Shown here piece after piece: positions 8,604 through 18,340 of a stretch of DNA of 51,620 nt; within the stretch, counting starts at the first letter, position 1; the number at the start of each line of letters is the position of its first letter. The DNA comes from Desulfatiglandales bacterium. GTDB taxonomy: Bacteria > Desulfobacterota > DSM-4660 > Desulfatiglandales > B25-G16. The DNA is taken from contig JAWOBA010000053.1 in assembly GCA_046498285.1 (NCBI GenBank), positions 1 through 51,620 of the forward strand, in the 5' to 3' direction. The notes under the pieces were generated by a model that did not search any database, was not told where the DNA came from, and was given only the letters and a program-made list of their open reading frames with translations. Position numbers and translations under genes: made by a program.

Positions 8604-9268
8604 TCAAATGGTCCTATTTCTGAGCTGAATTTTCAGCTTGCTCATGGATATTGTTATATCCTTTCTTTATACGTGCCCCTGCAAACAATGGAGTTAGCAA
8701 ATCTTTAGATGTTTATGTTTTCGAACTAATCACCTCATCATATACTCTCCTTTATCCCCACCAACTATTTTTTATTTAGGCCTCATGTTTCGTATCCTCT
8801 GATTTCTTCCAACTCGCCTTTTCTCTTTGAGCGACACGGGCATCAGGAATATCCATTAAGGGTATAATTTGTTTCATCGCTTTAGCGGCCTCCGAATAAT
8901 CCCTAAAGAACAAAATGTGAAGCCTTATCTAATCCCTTCCTTTGACCGCAGCTCTGGGACGCATATACTGTAACATGTGTCCGAGTGCAATTTCGGGAGA
9001 AGTGGCATTCTGTAAAGTTTTAGGATAAAGCATATATATAATCAGGGCATTCTGATCTAATTTGCACACATTCTCAAATGAAATCCACATGCACTACAAA
9101 TGTTAGTTCAATGTCTTCAGGTAATATTTTATAAGAGGAATCCTCTGCTCCTTTCATCCAGTTAGCTTAGTCGTATTAAGTGTGAAGGAGACCAAGCAGT
9201 TTTAACGGATTATTGTACATGTCGAAAAGCTCCAAAACCTGAACATGGCAATCATCCTGTGAAACTAT

Positions 9269-10891
9269 CTAATGACCTCCTTCCTTATTCACTTGATAAA
9301 ACAAGGCCATAGTCTGTTTACCGATAATCCCATCAGATTTAAGCCCTAAACGAGACTGAAACTTTACTACATTTTTAAATGTTGAATTATCATATTTACC
9401 TGTAATTTTAACTGGGTATCCTATCTCTCTTAGTATATTCTGTATCCTCAATATATCTGGCCCATTCATTCCCTTCACCAAATTACCCCTCGTATTCTCC
9501 CAGGGATATATCCAGGAAACCTTTTCACCCCAGTGACTTTTAAGGAAATTCTTGGTAATATGCCTATCCTCGCCTTCTGCATCTACTGCAATAGCACCGT
9601 TGGTTGTTACTTTACGGATAAGAAGATATTGAGGTGATAAGATTAGATTGGCAGTTATATCATTTAATAATGATTGCTGAGATTGTGAGGGGCTGGAATG
9701 AGTTATAAGTACCTGAAACGGCTTTTTAAACATCGTATGGTTTTCGAAATTTGTATGAAATGAAAACAAAGTTACTTGAATTTCATCTGAAGCAGGATTA
9801 TCAGTAGGTATTGTTTTATTAAAAAGCCTGAAGAGTTCAGCACGGCTTGCTTGTGCATCAAGGAACAAACTGGTTTCTTTTTTGGTAATGTCGAGAGAAC
9901 GTTTATTCGTGCTTTTTGGTGAAGGGACAGAAGCATTTTTCTTAGATGAAAAGGTTTCTGATATATAGGCTCTATAGGTCCATCCAGAGAAGCATAAGAG
10001 AATGATCAGTACAAGAGGCAAGAGCGTGAATAAGATTTTCTTTTTCATAAACCGATCCCATGAATTCAGCTTAGGAGAAAGTTTCCCCCGGATATCTTCA
10101 ATTGCTTCACTGATCGTTTCTTTAGATATGGTGAATGTATCTTCGGCATAAGCCACAAGCATTGCTCGGTCACAAGCAGCATTGATCCTCCTAGGATTTC
10201 CGTGAGAGTAACGATAGATCTCCTTAAAGGCAGAGCTTGTAAACCGTACATTTCCCTTCCCTCCTGCTACCACCAATCGGTGCTCTACATAACCCTGAAC
10301 ATCCACAGGAGCTAATGGTTTTAGTTCATAACGAACTATGATTCTTTCATTAAGTTGCCTCAATGAGGGAGAGATTAACAAGTCGTTTAATTCAGGCTGG
10401 CCGAATAAAACTATCTGAATGAGCTTCTCTTTCTCTGTTTCCAAATTTGAAAGCATTCTTACCTGTTCAAGAACAGCATGGGAGAGGTTTTGAGCTTCGT
10501 CTATTAGAAGAACTGCATTGCCGCCCCCTCTAAAGGTTTCAAGGAGAAAATCATTGAGTCTGTCAATATATTCCTTTTTTGTTCTCCCTGCAGAATCCAT
10601 GCTAATACCAAACTCTTGATTGATTATTTTTAGGAGTTCTTTTTCGGTTATAAACGAGTTGAATATTAGCGCAGTTTTTATGGATTGATCCAGCTTATCT
10701 AGGAGAGCCCGGCATAGGGTGGTTTTGCCTGTACCGATACCCCCAGTAATAGAAATAAAACCTTTTCGTTCATTAATTCCATACAGGAGATGATCAAGTG
10801 CATCCCTGTGCTGAGGACTCAGAAAAAGGTATCGAGGATCCGGTGTTAGGTTGAACGGATTCTCTTTGAAACCAAAACAGGATGTATACAT
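9269..10891 (-). CDS. gspA: GspA/ExeA-type AAA+ ATPase with C-terminal peptidoglycan-binding domain
   Basis: 540 aa. Walker A GGIGTGKTT, Walker B LLIDEAQ, a central TM segment (ILFTLLPLVLIILLCF), and a C-terminal PG_binding_1-like LGLKSDGIIGKQTMALF. Confidence 0.8.
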   Translation of the reverse strand: MYTSCFGFKENPFNLTPDPRYLFLSPQHRDALDHLLYGINERKGFISITGGIGTGKTTLCRALLDKLDQSIKTALIFNSFITEKELLKIINQEFGISMDSAGRTKKEYIDRLNDFLLETFRGGGNAVLLIDEAQNLSHAVLEQVRMLSNLETEKEKLIQIVLFGQPELNDLLISPSLRQLNERIIVRYELKPLAPVDVQGYVEHRLVVAGGKGNVRFTSSAFKEIYRYSHGNPRRINAACDRAMLVAYAEDTFTISKETISEAIEDIRGKLSPKLNSWDRFMKKKILFTLLPLVLIILLCFSGWTYRAYISETFSSKKNASVPSPKSTNKRSLDITKKETSLFLDAQASRAELFRLFNKTIPTDNPASDEIQVTLFSFHTNFENHTMFKKPFQVLITHSSPSQSQQSLLNDITANLILSPQYLLIRKVTTNGAIAVDAEGEDRHITKNFLKSHWGEKVSWIYPWENTRGNLVKGMNGPDILRIQNILREIGYPVKITGKYDNSTFKNVVKFQSRLGLKSDGIIGKQTMALFYQVNKEGGH

Positions 10892-10958
10892 AGGAAAGAT
10901 AAAGGGATTTAAAGGTAAAAGTTTTTAAAGTGAGATAAATCTATCTAATCCTCACCCC

Positions 10959-11801
10959 TTACCTGAACGTGTAATTTATTATTTTTTGTTCATTATTTCT
11001 CATTAACCGCAATGCTACCTCAGATCCAAGTTGAAATTTTTTGTATACCTCTAGCACGTCTTCAGGGCTCTGGATAATTCTGTCATCAATTCCTTGTACT
11101 ACATCACCATTCTTTAACCCCAGCTCTGCAAAAAGAGATTCAGACTGTATATCAGTAACCAACAAACCATCTGCCTTACCATCTCTGAAATAAGGCCTTA
11201 CTCTCACCTGAGATAAGAGTTCATGAATGTTGTTCATTGATTCCTGTACAGACGAACGGCTTATCACTTTTGTAGTACCTTCGTTTGTTATCTCTGGGAT
11301 AGGGACTTCCTCTTCTCCTCCTAAAGCAGAACCCTCTTTAATGTTCAAAATTTCATCCTTCCCCTTAATCCTTAGTATTATCTTACCTCTCAGAATTTTC
11401 CTGACAATAGCACCCTGAACACTGTCACCCACCCTGTAAAGTGCTTGCTTTTTCTTATCAATTTCTTCTATGACAGCAAAGGCATTCTTTCTATTGCCTG
11501 AAACGGTGCCCAAAAGCGCTAACTTTAAGGAAGTAGGCTGCAAATTTTCAATCTCTTCTGTCTGTATCTCTTCAGAGGTCTCTTCTCCGGAGCCAAAGAT
11601 ATTTCGTTTCGTAATTGCCTTGTAGGAATTAACAGTGAGTTTACTGTGACTTTCAGCATTCGATAAATTATATGCTATGGTTCCCTGAGTATTGACAGTT
11701 GTAAGCTGTGCCCTGATGAGGATGTAGAAGACTTCTACGCATAAAAAGATTATTATGGTTAAGGCTAAAAGATTAAAGATTATCTGGTAATATTTTGTCA
11801 T
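10959..11801 (-). CDS. gspC: Type II secretion protein GspC (PDZ-containing)
   Basis: 280 aa. N-terminal TM (IIFNLLALTIIIFLCVEVFYIL) and a C-terminal PDZ-like LLVTDIQSESLFAELGLKNGDVVQGIDDRII. Position in the cluster. Confidence 0.75.
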   Translation of the reverse strand: MTKYYQIIFNLLALTIIIFLCVEVFYILIRAQLTTVNTQGTIAYNLSNAESHSKLTVNSYKAITKRNIFGSGEETSEEIQTEEIENLQPTSLKLALLGTVSGNRKNAFAVIEEIDKKKQALYRVGDSVQGAIVRKILRGKIILRIKGKDEILNIKEGSALGGEEEVPIPEITNEGTTKVISRSSVQESMNNIHELLSQVRVRPYFRDGKADGLLVTDIQSESLFAELGLKNGDVVQGIDDRIIQSPEDVLEVYKKFQLGSEVALRLMRNNEQKIINYTFR

Positions 11802-11809
11802 GGCAATAT

Positions 11810-12724
11810 TTACGTGAGCCTAACTTTGGGTTCTTCAATGGTCCCGTAGATAATAAAAGGGAGAGCTCCTTCTTTCATCCTTTGTTTAAAAAAGCTCATC
11901 GTATTGGAGATATCTTTCATGTCCTTGAAAAATGATGCATATGGCTCTATCGTTCCTTTCAAATTAAGGGTGCTTTTGGTGAATTCATTTTTGAGTCTTA
12001 TGGTTCCTGATAATGTGCTTTTCAGGAGCGGCCCTTTTAATTCAACATGCTTAAGATTTATTGTTTGCTTTTTGAGTGCCATATTGCTCTTAATTTCATC
12101 AAATTCGATGGACTCGATGCCCAAAACAGGTACCAATAGTGCAATCTTGCCTTCAGCCAATGTTACGTGAGCCTCCCCGGTGCCACCAATCAGGTTTTTG
12201 TGTTCACCTTTATAGAAAATAATTGCAGAAAGGATTCCATCAATCTCCCTTCCAATGAAATCTTTTAGATGCTCATGTTCAGCAATGTGAATATCCCTCA
12301 GTTCAATTTCTGTATCGAAAGGGGTTTTCGTACTACTTTTAAAATATACACAACCCGTTATATCACCCCCATAGGACAGGCACTTAAAACAATATTTACT
12401 TATCTCTTTGAAAAAGGACCATGGGCTTGATTTTATATTAAGGATGTCAGATCTGAAAAGCTTTCTGGAAGGCTTTCCTTTGAGAAAAAGCTCTGAGTTC
12501 ACTAATTTGATTCCAAAAGGAAGCAAGGGTTTAACCTGGTCAATCGAAAGGGTGACTGAATTATTTAAATTATTTGCGGTTGTCTGTAGATAATCTCTGA
12601 GGGCATCGGAAGGGAAACGATAGTACAAAAAACCAACTGTTATAATAATACAGAAAAGAATGTAGCCAAACCATTTCTTATTCTTTGCGATAAAATTTCT
12701 CATAACGTATCGATCATTCATCAT
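11810..12724 (-). CDS. gspN: Type II secretion protein GspN-like
   Basis: 304 aa with a single N-terminal TM (WFGYILFCIIITVGFLYY). Sits between gspM and gspC. Assigned from size, topology and synteny only. Confidence 0.55.
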   Translation of the reverse strand: MMNDRYVMRNFIAKNKKWFGYILFCIIITVGFLYYRFPSDALRDYLQTTANNLNNSVTLSIDQVKPLLPFGIKLVNSELFLKGKPSRKLFRSDILNIKSSPWSFFKEISKYCFKCLSYGGDITGCVYFKSSTKTPFDTEIELRDIHIAEHEHLKDFIGREIDGILSAIIFYKGEHKNLIGGTGEAHVTLAEGKIALLVPVLGIESIEFDEIKSNMALKKQTINLKHVELKGPLLKSTLSGTIRLKNEFTKSTLNLKGTIEPYASFFKDMKDISNTMSFFKQRMKEGALPFIIYGTIEEPKVRLT

Positions 12725-12785
12725 GTTACTGCTTGCTTTTGCTAATCGTTCACCAGCAACAGCAAATTCATCAATTCATGCTTTA

Positions 12786-13313
12786 TCAATTAACACTCTC
12801 TTGAAAGGTCAATACCTGTAAAATGGCATCTAACCTACCGGATTTGTTTTTGTTTTCCTCAATTGAAATTCGTTTGATGATTACTAAATTGTCATATGAT
12901 TCAATCCTGTAAAGGTAGCCGATTAATTGGCTCAGTGTAATCTCCTCCAATTTCATCTCAACTAGGGATTCTGTAAACGAGTCAACTCCAGTCGAAACGG
13001 AAGGTTTCATATACTTGATATATGCCTTGACGCCAGCATCGCCTGCTTTGCTTTCAAGAAATGAAAAAAGTGTAAATTCCTTGTGTCGCTTAGCAATGAC
13101 CTGCTTTATCCCCTGAGAGGATTCTCGATATCTATTATACTCAGAGCTCAACATGACCATCTCTTTTAGACCGTGTTCCTTTGCGCTGACGCCCCTCTGA
13201 ACTCTCCTCTTTGCTTCAAAGAAGGGAAAAATCAAAAACTGAAATAGACAAAAAACCCCTATAAATACTGCTGCCGCCGATAAAAAGTATTTTTCACGCC
13301 TTGCAAGTTTCAT
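12786..13313 (-). CDS. gspM: Type II secretion protein GspM
   Basis: 175 aa, bitopic (FLSAAAVFIGVFCLFQFLIFPFF), immediately after gspL. Confidence 0.6.
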   Translation of the reverse strand: MKLARREKYFLSAAAVFIGVFCLFQFLIFPFFEAKRRVQRGVSAKEHGLKEMVMLSSEYNRYRESSQGIKQVIAKRHKEFTLFSFLESKAGDAGVKAYIKYMKPSVSTGVDSFTESLVEMKLEEITLSQLIGYLYRIESYDNLVIIKRISIEENKNKSGRLDAILQVLTFQESVN

Positions 13314-13358
13314 GTTCCAGATTCTTTGTATTTGTTAAGTTTCTTGTGTTTGTTGAGT

Positions 13359-14864
13359 CTATTTTGCCCGTTTCAGTTTTATTTCAAACTGCACTCGTTT
13401 GCTGGATCGCTCAAGATTGGCAGAACTTATGGTAACCGCACTAAAATACTTTGATGGCTCCAGCTCTTTCTTAATAATATTTACCGTATTAAAGGTATCA
13501 GTTTCTCCTTTCATTATTACGGTTTCTATGTCAACCGTCATCCTCATTACCTTCACATCTAGCGATTCAGGGACTCTAAGAGAAATATCCCGCAACAGGT
13601 CAATGACCTTACTTCCTCCACCAATGCTAGGAAAAGAAAAAGCTGACCTCTTGATTTGAGTTATTTTTACCTTCATCTGCTGTAAAGGATCCACAATCCT
13701 TGCCACATCAGGAAGCGTCTGCTTGAATATTTCTTCAATCTGTTTATCGAGAATCCTGTAGCGCTCCTTTAAGAAATAATAATCTCCAGTGAAATATGTG
13801 GCTAAAAGGGATATAATAACAAGTAAAAAAACAGCCACCCTTCGAAACTCTCTCTTAAGTTTTGTATCCCTTCTTTTAAGTTCAAATCCATCTTTCCTGA
13901 AATTAAAACCTAGGCCTTGCTTATTGCCTCGAAGGGCAAGTGTTAAGGCGCTATCCATTGTAGCAGAATTCCAGGAGTGAACTATATTTTCGTCCACGTG
14001 AATACTTGGATCATCACTTGTCACATTAATTTCTTCAACGGGAATATCAATGAATCGTTCTATCAGGCCAACCGTATGTGGATAAAGACTTCCTATTCCA
14101 GTGACAAAAATCTTTTCTGGTTTGGCTTCTATGTCATTCTGATACTCAAATGCACGGAGTGTGTTTTGAATATTTCTACACAATGACTCGAAACAGGATG
14201 TAATCGGCTTACCTGCCTGACCTTGTAACTTGTTACCATTTGGAGCATTTGGCATAGCTTCATCTACAAGGCCATCACAAAAAGGAAGGCTTCTGATTAA
14301 GCTTATACGTTTTTTGAGATAAAGGATCATTGTGTTTCTCTTCTGACCTACATCTAAAAAAATCCCGTCATCAGGTGTTTCTGTATGCCTCAATAACCAC
14401 GAGACTATAGGTACCCCTTGTATATCCAATATTTCGGGGTTGACTCCATAGCTCTGTAAAAAAGTAAGATATTCAGAGATATACTCACGCCCTACTGAGG
14501 CAGCAAGAATATCACTTTGATCTGACTGATCAATGAAGGCAAAATCAACTACCAAATCTTCGACGGGAAAAGGCACCATAGTCTCAATTTCATAGGCTAT
14601 TGTCTGCCTAATCTTTTTTGTGCTCCTAAAAGGCATCTGAAAATTCCGATATGATATCTTTTCGCTGGGAAGTGTGCTAATGAAGGTATCAGCTTTAAGA
14701 TCCACTTGTTCACGCAGCGCCTTAAATGCCTCATCCAAATCTTTACCATCTGCCATCATAACACTGGCACATCCTGTGATATGATAGCCTCTCAGTCCTC
14801 TCTTAACCTGAACTGCCGCAATTGAATCATCATGTATGTCGATCCCGAGAATTTTTCTAGGCAT
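13359..14864 (-). CDS. gspL: Type II secretion protein GspL (PilM-like cytoplasmic domain plus TM plus periplasmic domain)
   Basis: 501 aa. N-terminal actin-like fold start ILGIDIHDDSIAAVQV, a TM segment VAVFLLVIISLLATYF around residue 345, and a C-terminal PilN/GspL-like domain. Synteny with the cluster. Confidence 0.7.
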   Translation of the reverse strand: MPRKILGIDIHDDSIAAVQVKRGLRGYHITGCASVMMADGKDLDEAFKALREQVDLKADTFISTLPSEKISYRNFQMPFRSTKKIRQTIAYEIETMVPFPVEDLVVDFAFIDQSDQSDILAASVGREYISEYLTFLQSYGVNPEILDIQGVPIVSWLLRHTETPDDGIFLDVGQKRNTMILYLKKRISLIRSLPFCDGLVDEAMPNAPNGNKLQGQAGKPITSCFESLCRNIQNTLRAFEYQNDIEAKPEKIFVTGIGSLYPHTVGLIERFIDIPVEEINVTSDDPSIHVDENIVHSWNSATMDSALTLALRGNKQGLGFNFRKDGFELKRRDTKLKREFRRVAVFLLVIISLLATYFTGDYYFLKERYRILDKQIEEIFKQTLPDVARIVDPLQQMKVKITQIKRSAFSFPSIGGGSKVIDLLRDISLRVPESLDVKVMRMTVDIETVIMKGETDTFNTVNIIKKELEPSKYFSAVTISSANLERSSKRVQFEIKLKRAK

Positions 14865-14871
14865 TGTTAGC

Positions 14872-15852
14872 TTACACCACTTTCCAGGATAAGATTTTAG
14901 GTGTTTTTTCTTTTCTTTCCACTATGGCCTCGATCTTTTTACTCATTGAACCTTTGAAACCTTCTGATGTGATCTTAAAGTAGCTGCTTGAGGTAGTAAG
15001 TAAGCTGTCTGGAATACTCACATCAGCCATCCCTGGAACATTCTTATACCATGTCAAATCTGACAGGTCATTATCTTCGTTCTTACGGTATGCGATCATA
15101 TCCTCAGCCCTCTCTTCATCGATATCATCTGAAAGGGACTGTAATATTAACCGATCTGCAGTATTGATATTGATTTTTCCATTACCATGAGTGCTCAGGT
15201 ATTGAGATATGCCTGGTTTTTCATCGGAACCGTAAAATAATTCCTTGGTGATGCCACGGATAAATAGCAATTCCTCTAAAAACTCAATAGGAGTATTTTT
15301 ACATGGATAGGCATTTTCTAATGTCCGATAATAGGCATCTTCCGCACCAAACCGGGTAGTCTCACTGTCTGTGTCTATCCAGTCCTTTATAGCATCTATT
15401 ATATTTTCTACCTCGTCAGGATCAAGGCCAAATTCAGCGCACTCCAGAAATCGCATTAAGAGATCCTTTTGGGTGCTATTATAGTTTCCATCTTTGTCAA
15501 CCAATTGATTAAGCTGAATCTTTCCCGAAAGGTCTGTAATATCAAGGATAAATCGGCCCTCCTCAAACAGGGATGAAGAATTTTCAGAAAATACCTTTGC
15601 ATGTGCCCAATCTTCATGCAGTGTATCCACCTTCCCTGAAAAGGAATCTTTATGCAGAACGGCAAGAGCGCTATCGAATCCTGACCGTGCTACACAGCCG
15701 AGTTTTATGCCATCCCGAAGATTCATGGCTGCCTGCAGGTTAGACCGCATTGATGTATTGAACTGGAGTGTCAATGCAACTATCAGGCTTATAAGTAAAA
15801 TTGTCAGGATGAGGGCCATGCCTTGGTCATCTCGAATAAGTTTTATCACCAC
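14872..15852 (-). CDS. gspK: Minor pseudopilin GspK
   Basis: 326 aa. Hydrophobic N-terminus GMALILTILLISLIVALTL and the GspK helix-hairpin-helix motif ININTAD. Position after gspJ. Confidence 0.8.
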   Translation of the reverse strand: MVIKLIRDDQGMALILTILLISLIVALTLQFNTSMRSNLQAAMNLRDGIKLGCVARSGFDSALAVLHKDSFSGKVDTLHEDWAHAKVFSENSSSLFEEGRFILDITDLSGKIQLNQLVDKDGNYNSTQKDLLMRFLECAEFGLDPDEVENIIDAIKDWIDTDSETTRFGAEDAYYRTLENAYPCKNTPIEFLEELLFIRGITKELFYGSDEKPGISQYLSTHGNGKININTADRLILQSLSDDIDEERAEDMIAYRKNEDNDLSDLTWYKNVPGMADVSIPDSLLTTSSSYFKITSEGFKGSMSKKIEAIVERKEKTPKILSWKVV

Positions 15853-16631
15853 TATTCCTTCTTTATTGGAAGTGAGGTACTTGTCATGAATCTAAGAGGT
15901 ACCTCAGGGCTTAGGGGGTTTACAAATTCCAATACAATAGAAACCATTCTCGGTATAGTATCTTTATGCTCATCTGAGGCAGAATCCCAACTCTCAAAAG
16001 CTTCATCTCTTTCCTTGTAATAGGTAAAATCAGCTGATATTAATCCCTGACAAAGCACCATTCCGTCAGCATCAGAGTCTTCCCTGAGAGGAAATCTGTC
16101 CTCAAACATCGGCCTATCGCTGCGGTAAAGAATAAAATCATCTCCCTCTTCATTTTCTTTGACATAATAACCAATTTCGGTTTTTCCAGTATCTTTATCC
16201 TGCCCACTCAGATTAATGTATGCTCTGGAAATAAATCGGAGAGTATCAGCACACCTACCTTTTATTTCTTGATCTTTACCCAGAAATTGAAAAGATTGTA
16301 CAGACTCCTCTTCTGAATGAATGGTTCCTCTCTTTTCAGGTATATACGTGGATTCCAGATCTTCAAGCATCCTTTCCATGGCAATCCTGGCCATCCTGTA
16401 GATTTCAGCCTGTGATTCAGTCTCATCTACAACTCGAAAGGTCCCTGTGTAGGAGGTATAGATTATTGTGATAACCACTGCAAAAATGAATATCGCTATT
16501 AAGATCTCTGCCAGGGTAAAACCTGAATTCTCTATGGAGTACTGGAATACGAAATGGCTGGAACATCTCTTTTTCTTTGCACGTTTCCCATCAAAAATCC
16601 TATTCCCTGTATGTATTTTCAACATCTTCAA
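15852..16631 (-). CDS. gspJ: Minor pseudopilin GspJ (prepilin-type N-terminal methylation motif)
   Basis: 259 aa. GFTLAEILIAIFIFAVVITI class III signal core, preceded by an unusually long 37-aa leader. Mature size is about 222 aa. Confidence 0.7.
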   Translation of the reverse strand: MKMLKIHTGNRIFDGKRAKKKRCSSHFVFQYSIENSGFTLAEILIAIFIFAVVITIIYTSYTGTFRVVDETESQAEIYRMARIAMERMLEDLESTYIPEKRGTIHSEEESVQSFQFLGKDQEIKGRCADTLRFISRAYINLSGQDKDTGKTEIGYYVKENEEGDDFILYRSDRPMFEDRFPLREDSDADGMVLCQGLISADFTYYKERDEAFESWDSASDEHKDTIPRMVSIVLEFVNPLSPEVPLRFMTSTSLPIKKE

Positions 16632-16667
16632 TTTCCGCCATAATTATTTATGGTTCTAAAAATTGAT

Positions 16668-17213
16668 TTATTCTATTCCAGGCGCAAACCGATAGAGCCT
16701 GAGATTGTATTGATACTGGCTATTTTCGCCATAAAAGAGGCTCAGATCAATCCGTTTGAGATAGCCCAAGATCTCATATACATCAACGAATGAAACATCA
16801 CTCACTGTCAGATGCCAGTGATAATTGGGAAAGCCCTCTCCAAAATCACCAGAATCTGAGGCTAAATTCTCCAGACCCATTGCCTCAATTTCAGCCATCT
16901 TACTCTGGGCAAGAAGAGCAGCAGTTGTACTAAATTTGGCCTCATTGGCAAGAGAGAGGCTTTGAGACTGTGATCCAAAAACAGTCACCAAGGTAATTGC
17001 GATAATAGAAATGGCAATCATTACTTCAAGGAGGGTAAAACCTGGATTCCTTTTGGAGTAATCGTCTGCCCGCCATCCGGGAGGAGGACCAGCTTGCGGG
17101 GTGAGTGAGTCACGCGGCTCCAGATGAAGCGAACGGGAGTATTGCTCTTGCCTTGCATTGTTCCCGCCTTCCAGCAATCCATACTTCCAACAAGCCATCT
17201 TATATGGTCCCAA
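16668..17213 (-). CDS. gspI: Minor pseudopilin GspI (prepilin-type N-terminal methylation motif)
   Basis: 181 aa. GFTLLEVMIAISIIAITLV preceded by about 57 aa with no in-frame ATG, GTG or TTG closer to the motif. Mature size is about 123 aa. Confidence 0.7.
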   Translation of the reverse strand: MGPYKMACWKYGLLEGGNNARQEQYSRSLHLEPRDSLTPQAGPPPGWRADDYSKRNPGFTLLEVMIAISIIAITLVTVFGSQSQSLSLANEAKFSTTAALLAQSKMAEIEAMGLENLASDSGDFGEGFPNYHWHLTVSDVSFVDVYEILGYLKRIDLSLFYGENSQYQYNLRLYRFAPGIE

Positions 17214-17712
17214 TATCTACGTATTTATCGTAGCTCTCTATTTTTGCAAGAAAGGGATGTAATACGAGACTAAATTCCCTGCCATCCTCTGCCCCAAGAT
17301 GGATAACTGTCTGTTCAACATACCCCTTTTTGTTAAACTTAATAGCTACCTCTCCTTCTACTGTCTTTCCATTGCTTTTTGTCCAAACATCCAGAATCCG
17401 GACATCCACGGGCAAATGGAATGCCTTTTCCTGGGCCATCTCGCGTTCTTTTTCAGTTATGGCATCAAAGTCAATCCAAAGTTGGTTTGATCCGATATCA
17501 ACATGAAGACGGTAGATTTTTTGTTCCCGGATTGCCTCGTTTCTCAAATTCTTGACAAGGCCAATAATCCTCCGTGTCGCAGACTTGAGGTTATCTGTTA
17601 TAAGGGAATATCGAAACCTGGGGATACTCACAGCAAGCATCACACCAATCAAGAAAACAACTACGGTTAGTTCGATGAGGGTATAGCCTTTTGTGGTATT
17701 TATTTGGTTCAC
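17200..17712 (-). CDS. gspH: Minor pseudopilin GspH
   Basis: 170 aa with a short leader then GYTLIELTVVVFLIGVMLAV. Position between gspG and gspI. Confidence 0.72.
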   Translation of the reverse strand: MNQINTTKGYTLIELTVVVFLIGVMLAVSIPRFRYSLITDNLKSATRRIIGLVKNLRNEAIREQKIYRLHVDIGSNQLWIDFDAITEKEREMAQEKAFHLPVDVRILDVWTKSNGKTVEGEVAIKFNKKGYVEQTVIHLGAEDGREFSLVLHPFLAKIESYDKYVDIGTI

Positions 17713-17872
17713 GGGCTTTATTGATCTTGTTGTGTTTCTTAATCCTATGTCACAAAAAATTCCATTATGGTCATATGTGAAACCATGCTAACAACTCATA
17801 AATTACTACAGTATCGGTTTGTTAACGCAACAAACCCAAGAGACACAAAAAATATTTCACGAAGGAAATAAA

Positions 17873-18319
17873 CTATTCCAGTTCCCAGTTGTTAATATCC
17901 CTATCCTTGCCCTCACCACCGTTTTCCCCGTCCGCACCATACGATAGAAGGTCAAAATCACCGTGAATCCCAGGACAAAGATAAACATATTCGTTATCCC
18001 ACGGATCCTTGGGAACCTTTCCTTTTTCCAGGTATCCTCCTTCTCTCCAGCCCTTGGCAAGTTGGCCCGTTGATGGCGCCTCTACAAGGGCCTGCAGCCC
18101 CTGTTCAGTGGTAGGATAAGAGCCATTATCCAGTTTGTAAAGTTTTAGTGCGGTCTCTATGCTCTCAATCTGAATCCGGGCCTTGGTACGACGAGCCTCT
18201 TCTGGCCTTCCCATTATTCGTGGAATGATGAGTCCAGCCAAAATGCCAAGAATAACCATAACCACCATAATTTCTATCAAGGTAAATCCATTTTGATCAC
18301 CATATCTATACCTTACCAT
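17873..18319 (-). CDS. gspG: Major pseudopilin GspG
   Basis: 148 aa. GFTLIEIMVVMVILGILAGLIIPRIMGRPEEARRTKA...LKLYKLDNGSYPTTEQGLQALV, a typical GspG. Confidence 0.9.
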   Translation of the reverse strand: MVRYRYGDQNGFTLIEIMVVMVILGILAGLIIPRIMGRPEEARRTKARIQIESIETALKLYKLDNGSYPTTEQGLQALVEAPSTGQLAKGWREGGYLEKGKVPKDPWDNEYVYLCPGIHGDFDLLSYGADGENGGEGKDRDINNWELE

Positions 18320-18340
18320 AATGCCTCCAATTCAGGTCTT

